A stretch of DNA of 33,459 bases from an uncultured bacterium (GTDB lineage Bacteria > Zixibacteria > MSB-5A5 > GN15 > FEB-12), in NCBI GenBank assembly GCA_965602205.1, contig CBFCYQ010000003.1, forward strand, positions 1 to 33,459. The letters are read 5' to 3'. Positions 29,141 through 33,459 of the stretch are shown one piece after another. Both the position numbers and the translations under genes were made by a program. The notes beneath the pieces are model-generated. The model did no database searches. It was not told where the DNA came from and was given only the letters and a program-made list of their open reading frames with translations. Position 1 is the stretch's first letter, and every line of letters begins with the position of its first letter.

Positions 29141-29842
29141 ATGAAATCCAAGTCTTTGATCCTCGCATTGGGCGTCCTTAGTATTTCCGCCCTTTTAGTC
29201 TCGGGTTGCAGTGATGACGACGATACGAACCCGATGTCATCCAGCCCCAGCCTTCAGAAGAGTACCGTCATGATAATCCACGCCTCGCCGGATGCCCCCG
29301 GGGTAGATATCCTGGTGGACAACGCCAAGGCCGTCACCAATCTCGGTTTTCCGAAAAACACCGGCTATGTTGATTTAGACGCCGGGATGCGGAATGTGAA
29401 GGTAAACGCCAGCGGCACCAGCACGACTGTCATCAACGGTGATTTCGATCTTGCGGCGAACGCCCACTATTCGGTTTTTGCTGTTGATTCCGTCTCCAAA
29501 ATCACCACTGTGGTTCTGGCCGACAACCTGACCGCTCCCGCCAGCGGTAAAAGCCATGTGCGCTTTATTCACCTTTCGCCGAACGCACCGGCCGTAGATA
29601 TCGGTCTTACCGGTGGTGGTGTGGTCTTCCCGAATGTAGCCTTTAAAGGGTATGTCGATTTCACTCCGCTCGACGCCGGCACCTACGATCTCGAGGTGAG
29701 ACTGGAAGGAACCTCGACGGTGGTTCTGCCACTGCCGGGAATCACCCTTCAGGCGGGCAAGATTTACACCGTTTTTGCCAAGGGTTTTGTCGGCGGTACC
29801 GGTGACAAGGCGCTGGGCGCGGAGATAATAGTCAACAAGTAA
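29141..29842 (+). CDS. DUF4397-domain lipoprotein
   Basis: ATG 29141 after AAGGAG. Lipobox LVSGC. Two repeats, IIHASPDAPGVDI and FIHLSPNAPAVDI. Confidence 0.85.
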   Translation: MKSKSLILALGVLSISALLVSGCSDDDDTNPMSSSPSLQKSTVMIIHASPDAPGVDILVDNAKAVTNLGFPKNTGYVDLDAGMRNVKVNASGTSTTVINGDFDLAANAHYSVFAVDSVSKITTVVLADNLTAPASGKSHVRFIHLSPNAPAVDIGLTGGGVVFPNVAFKGYVDFTPLDAGTYDLEVRLEGTSTVVLPLPGITLQAGKIYTVFAKGFVGGTGDKALGAEIIVNK

Positions 29843-29905
29843 CCGGCAGGACAATACTTCTAAGCCAAATCTGGCGGCTGACCCGGTCACTCCGGGTCAG
29901 AATCG

Positions 29906-29939
29906 AGGGCGGTGACATTATGAGTCGCCGCCCTTTTTT
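29906..29939 (+). terminator. Rho-independent terminator
   Basis: AGGGCGGTGAC / GTCGCCGCCCT stem (one G-U pair) followed by a T run. Preceded by a second hairpin, CTGACCCGG-TCACT-CCGGGTCAG (29878-29900). Confidence 0.8.
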
Positions 29940-30051
29940 GTATTAAATTGTAAGCCGCAACGGCCTCTTCTGCCACGATACGGACAGCTCCGGTTGGCCC
30001 GGTTCGGTTACGCTCAATTTTAAGAATAGTGGTGCATTTGACCGAAGAGTC

Positions 30052-30080
30052 TTGACAAAACTGTCCGAAAAAACTATCGT
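30052..30080 (+). promoter_or_regulatory. Sigma70-type promoter for gdh
   Basis: Consensus TTGACA (30052-30057), 17-nt spacer, TATCGT (30075-30080). Confidence 0.6.
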
Positions 30081-30083
30081 TGC

Positions 30084-30101
30084 TTGTGAAAAATATAACA
30101 T
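30084..30101. promoter_or_regulatory. Possible Rex-like operator at the gdh transcription start
   Basis: TTGTGAA-AAAT-ATAACAT resembles the Rex box TTGTGAA-N4-TTCACAA. The left half is perfect and the right half is degenerate. Confidence 0.35.
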
Positions 30102-30245
30102 GTTATGTGAGGCCTGACAAGGCCGGAAAGAGTATGGGACAGCCGGCGGTTGAATTGAGAAGGGCTGTTATCCGGCTTTGAAACACTATGGGGCTCATAA
30201 CATACAGGCAGGTCAGGCAGTCATTCAATAGAAAGGCTAAATGAA

Positions 30246-31532
30246 ATGAGTAAAGGTGCATTTAATCCATTTGCGATGGCCCAGGCTCAATTCGACAAAG
30301 TAGCTGACTTTTTGGAATTGGATGCGGGTACGCGAGATTTTCTGCGTTATCCAATCAGGGAATATCAATTCAACATTCCGGTGCATATGGATGACGGCAC
30401 GGTCAAGGTGTTCCGGGGATTTCGGGTTCAGCACAATGACGCCCGAGGGCCGTGCAAAGGCGGCATACGTTTCCATCCCCAGGAGACCATAGACACCGTG
30501 CGGGCGCTGGCGATGTGGATGACGTGGAAATGCGCGGTGGTCGATATCCCCCTGGGCGGCGGCAAAGGCGGCGTTATCTGCGATCCACACAATCTCAGCA
30601 TGGCCGAGCAGCAGCAGATTTGCCGCGGCTGGGTACGCCAACTGGCGAGGAATGTAGGACCCGTCCAGGATGTTCCGGCGCCCGATGTGATGACGTCCGC
30701 TCAGCACATGCTGTGGATGCTCGACGAGTATGAGGCTATTCACGGCGGCAAATTCCCGGGACTTATTACGGGTAAGCCGGTCGGGATGGGCGGTTCGCTG
30801 GGCAGGACCGAGGCGACCGGTTACGGCGTCATATATACCGTTCGGGAAGCACTCAAGCACCTGGACATCAAGCCGGAGGCTACCACGGCCTCGGTGCAGG
30901 GGTTTGGCAATGTCGCTCAGTATGCCATACGCCTGTACGAGCAACTCGGCGGCAAGGTCATCTGCGTTTCCTGCTGGGACCAGGAAGACCAGACGTCTTA
31001 TTCCTTTAAAAAAGAGTCGGGCATTGACCTGGATGCTTTGCTGAAAATCACCGACCGTTTCGGCGGTATCAACAAAGACAAGGCCAAAGAGATGGGCTGC
31101 GAGGTGTTGCCGGGCGAAGCCTGGATCGAGCAGGATGTGGACATTCTAATTCCCGCGGCCCTGGAAAATCAGATCAGCGGTGAAAACGTGCAGAGTATCA
31201 GCCGGAAGGTGAAACTGATCGCCGAGGGGGCCAACGGTCCGACTACTCCCGAAGCCGACAAGGTCCTGGAGGAGCGCGGCATCTTCGTCATACCGGATTT
31301 TCTGGCCAACGCCGGCGGTGTGACGTGCAGTTACTTCGAACAGGTCCAGTGCAACATGAACTACTACTGGGAGAAAAACGAGGTGCTGGACAAGCTGGAC
31401 ACCAAGATGACCTCGGCTTTTCGGGCTGTCAGTGGACTGGCGAGAAAACGGAAGATATTCATGCGCGACGCTGCCTACGTCATCAGTGTCAGCCGGGTCG
31501 CCCAGGCGTGTAAGGAACGTGGCTGGGTGTAA
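30246..31532 (+). CDS. gdhA: Glu/Leu/Phe/Val dehydrogenase, probably glutamate dehydrogenase
   Basis: Motifs RVQHNDARGPCKGGIRFHP, MTWKCA, GGGKGG, DVPAPD, GRTEATGYG, QGFGNV, EGANGP and PDFLANAGGV. Confidence 0.9.
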   Translation: MSKGAFNPFAMAQAQFDKVADFLELDAGTRDFLRYPIREYQFNIPVHMDDGTVKVFRGFRVQHNDARGPCKGGIRFHPQETIDTVRALAMWMTWKCAVVDIPLGGGKGGVICDPHNLSMAEQQQICRGWVRQLARNVGPVQDVPAPDVMTSAQHMLWMLDEYEAIHGGKFPGLITGKPVGMGGSLGRTEATGYGVIYTVREALKHLDIKPEATTASVQGFGNVAQYAIRLYEQLGGKVICVSCWDQEDQTSYSFKKESGIDLDALLKITDRFGGINKDKAKEMGCEVLPGEAWIEQDVDILIPAALENQISGENVQSISRKVKLIAEGANGPTTPEADKVLEERGIFVIPDFLANAGGVTCSYFEQVQCNMNYYWEKNEVLDKLDTKMTSAFRAVSGLARKRKIFMRDAAYVISVSRVAQACKERGWV

Positions 31533-31828
31533 GCGGGCGTATAATCGGTCCGGTTTCATGTGGGCAATCTTCGAGACTGCTTGGGCGGCACGTCTGCCCG
31601 AGCAGTACTTTTTTCCGAACGGCGGCAGGCAGATATTACTGCTTGCCTGCCGGTAGTACGGTCCGATGAGTTGTCTGCCCGCTGGACAATTGCTGTTTTT
31701 TTCTTGGCGGTGGAGTATTATCTTTAATAGTAGAGGTTGGGCGCAGTTTTCGCCCCGGCCGCAGGCAGCGGACGAAAGACCGCCCGAGGCAAAGAGCAAC
31801 GCCCAAACGACCGAGAAGAATTAATATC

Positions 31829-33459
31829 ATGACCGATAAGAGAAAAACGGCTGACGGACTGGCCAGGTCCCTTGATGAGCGAGCAAGGGAGTTGGACTGC
31901 CTGTTCCGTATTGAAGAACTGCTGAACAAGCCGGATATCGGTCTTGATGACGCCTTGACCCGCATTGTCGAAATAATCCCGTCCGGCTGCAGGCACCCGG
32001 GTATCTGTCGGGCGAGGATTACCATCGACGGAAAGAATTCTCAGGCGGCGGATTTTGCCCGGACGGAGCGGTTCCGGAGTGCCGACGTGCGAGTCAAGGG
32101 CGATGTTGTCGGAAACATCAGTATTTTCTATACACCGGCGGCTCCGGATACCGGCGGTGGTCCTTTCCTCGAGGAAGAGGAAAAGATGCTGCAGGTGATT
32201 GCCGGTCGTCTCGGTCATTTTATTCTGCACACGCGCCTCAAGCAGCAGTCCGGCCGGGATAAGCCGGCGGGGGAGAGCGGGGCAGGAGGTCTCCGGGAGG
32301 AATGGCGAGTGGTTTTGGATCTTCTGATGGAGACGGATAAGAACCTGTTCACGAACCTTTCCCACAAGATGCTTAACCATCTTTCCTGGCGGGGCGTCGG
32401 GGAGGCCGAGGAATTGCTGGTCAGTGCGAAGCTCGATAAAACCGCGCAGGAAGAGGAGTTTATCGACGAGTCCAACCGGCCGTTCCAGAAGCGGGCGTCC
32501 GCGTTTCCGGTCGAATTGAGCGGTCGGGTCTTCGATATAGCCGCCCGGCATATGGATGATGCCGAGATCTACTCGCGTTTGCAGAAATGGATACAGGAGG
32601 ACAAGCTCAGTTTCCTGGTGCAGGTCGTCAACAGGAACCTCTCACTGGCGGACGTGGCCGATGCGCTCAGGCGTTATTATCACACGCACATCGAACCGGC
32701 CGAGGCCGACTCGGCCTCGCCGAGCAAGAAGGGCATCCATGTTTCCCTTATACGCCGCTTCCTCTCCGACCAGTTACCGTACATCAACATCGCCAAGCAC
32801 TACATCGGTATCAATGACTTCCATGATCTGATACAGACTATGATCTTTACCAATGAGAGTCATGGCAAGCTGGGCGGCAAGAGCGCCGGCATGTATCTCG
32901 CGGCGCAGATAATAAGAAAAGGCGCAAAACCCGAGGACGGGCTGGGCAATCTCAAGATGCCGAGGACGTGGTATATCACCTCAGACATGCTTCTACATTT
33001 CATGCACTTCAACAACCTGGACGAAATCGTCGAGCAGAAATACAAGGAGGTTGATCAGGTTCGTTTCGAGTATCCGCATATCATCGATACTTTCAAGAAT
33101 TCCCAGTTTCCGCCGGAGATCCTCAAGGGATTATCCGTGGCTCTCGATGATTTCGGCGACTGCCCGCTGATCGTCCGCAGTTCCAGCCTGCTCGAGGACC
33201 GCATGGGTGCCGCTTTTTCGGGGAAGTACAAATCCGTCTTCATAGCCAACCAGGGCAGCAAGCAGAAGCGCCTGGAAGCCCTGGTGGATGCCATCGCCGA
33301 GGTCTATGCCTCGACGTTTGGTCCCGATCCGATCGAATACCGGGCCGAGCGCGGTCTTATCGATTTCGGTGAGGAAATGGGCATCCTGATCCAGGAGGTC
33401 GTCGGCAGCCGTGTCGGGGACTATTTCTTTCCTTCGTTTGCCGGTGTTGCTTTCAGCCG
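31829..33459 (+). CDS. PEP/pyruvate-binding domain (PEP synthase/PPDK N-terminal-like) protein with N-terminal GAF-like extension, truncated by the window end
   Basis: Absent from the track because no stop falls inside the window. From ATG 31829: MTDKRKTADGLARSLDERARELDCLFRIEELL..., later GKLGGKSAG, PLIVRSSSLLED..AAFSGKYKSVF and EEMGILIQEVVG..YFFPSFAGVAFS. Confidence 0.85.
   Translation, partial: MTDKRKTADGLARSLDERARELDCLFRIEELLNKPDIGLDDALTRIVEIIPSGCRHPGICRARITIDGKNSQAADFARTERFRSADVRVKGDVVGNISIFYTPAAPDTGGGPFLEEEEKMLQVIAGRLGHFILHTRLKQQSGRDKPAGESGAGGLREEWRVVLDLLMETDKNLFTNLSHKMLNHLSWRGVGEAEELLVSAKLDKTAQEEEFIDESNRPFQKRASAFPVELSGRVFDIAARHMDDAEIYSRLQKWIQEDKLSFLVQVVNRNLSLADVADALRRYYHTHIEPAEADSASPSKKGIHVSLIRRFLSDQLPYINIAKHYIGINDFHDLIQTMIFTNESHGKLGGKSAGMYLAAQIIRKGAKPEDGLGNLKMPRTWYITSDMLLHFMHFNNLDEIVEQKYKEVDQVRFEYPHIIDTFKNSQFPPEILKGLSVALDDFGDCPLIVRSSSLLEDRMGAAFSGKYKSVFIANQGSKQKRLEALVDAIAEVYASTFGPDPIEYRAERGLIDFGEEMGILIQEVVGSRVGDYFFPSFAGVAFS

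Noticed and set aside
30200-30222. Cobalamin riboswitch suggested by GACCTGCC on the minus strand
   Set aside because: The other core elements (GGGAA, GCCACTG, B12 box context) are missing and the orientation is opposite to gdh.
31737-31806. SRP RNA or c-di-GMP-I riboswitch
   Set aside because: A GNRA loop is present, but neither the SRP domain IV internal-loop pattern nor the GEMM two-hairpin consensus is recognisable.
1-33459. Genome-wide UGA reassignment (genetic code 4 or 25)
   Set aside because: TGA is a normal stop for many genes here, including ATGA overlaps at 11445, 20125, 24131, 26221 and 27597. Trp is encoded by TGG.
1-33459. CRISPR arrays, tRNA/rRNA genes, IS elements or prophage
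   Set aside because: No regularly spaced repeats, cloverleaf or rRNA-like sequence, transposase, integrase or phage genes were recognised by eye. A covariance-model scan was not possible.

Overview
A GC-rich bacterial chromosomal window, apparently from an anaerobe. The Ser/Thr kinase-TPR architecture is reminiscent of Zixibacteria or related lineages, but this is a weak inference. From left to right it holds: (1) an RsbW-like anti-sigma factor, a Ser/Thr kinase-TPR protein, a small cupredoxin-like protein and a CBS protein; (2) a ~16 kb redox locus of hdrC-hdrB, an inverted pair (orphan 2-oxoacid oxidoreductase gamma subunit plus a 983-aa GlnE-like tandem nucleotidyltransferase), then korDABC, a double-module HdrA, mvhD, an HdrD-like protein, an HdrA-MvhD fusion and a 51-aa zinc ribbon; (3) a subtilase and an aromatic amino acid decarboxylase; (4) a CarH/LitR B12-photoreceptor operon with class II photolyase, SRPBCC, YbjT-like and YbgA-like genes, and divergent DUF378 and DUF4397 genes; (5) glutamate dehydrogenase and a PEP/pyruvate-binding domain gene that runs off the window. 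The strongest signal is that both hdrA genes, each split in two by the ORF track, are single selenoprotein genes. Each has an in-frame TGA at the DCxxU position followed 21 nt later by a SECIS hairpin, and the two hairpins differ by one compensatory base pair. No tRNA, rRNA, CRISPR array or mobile element was recognised.
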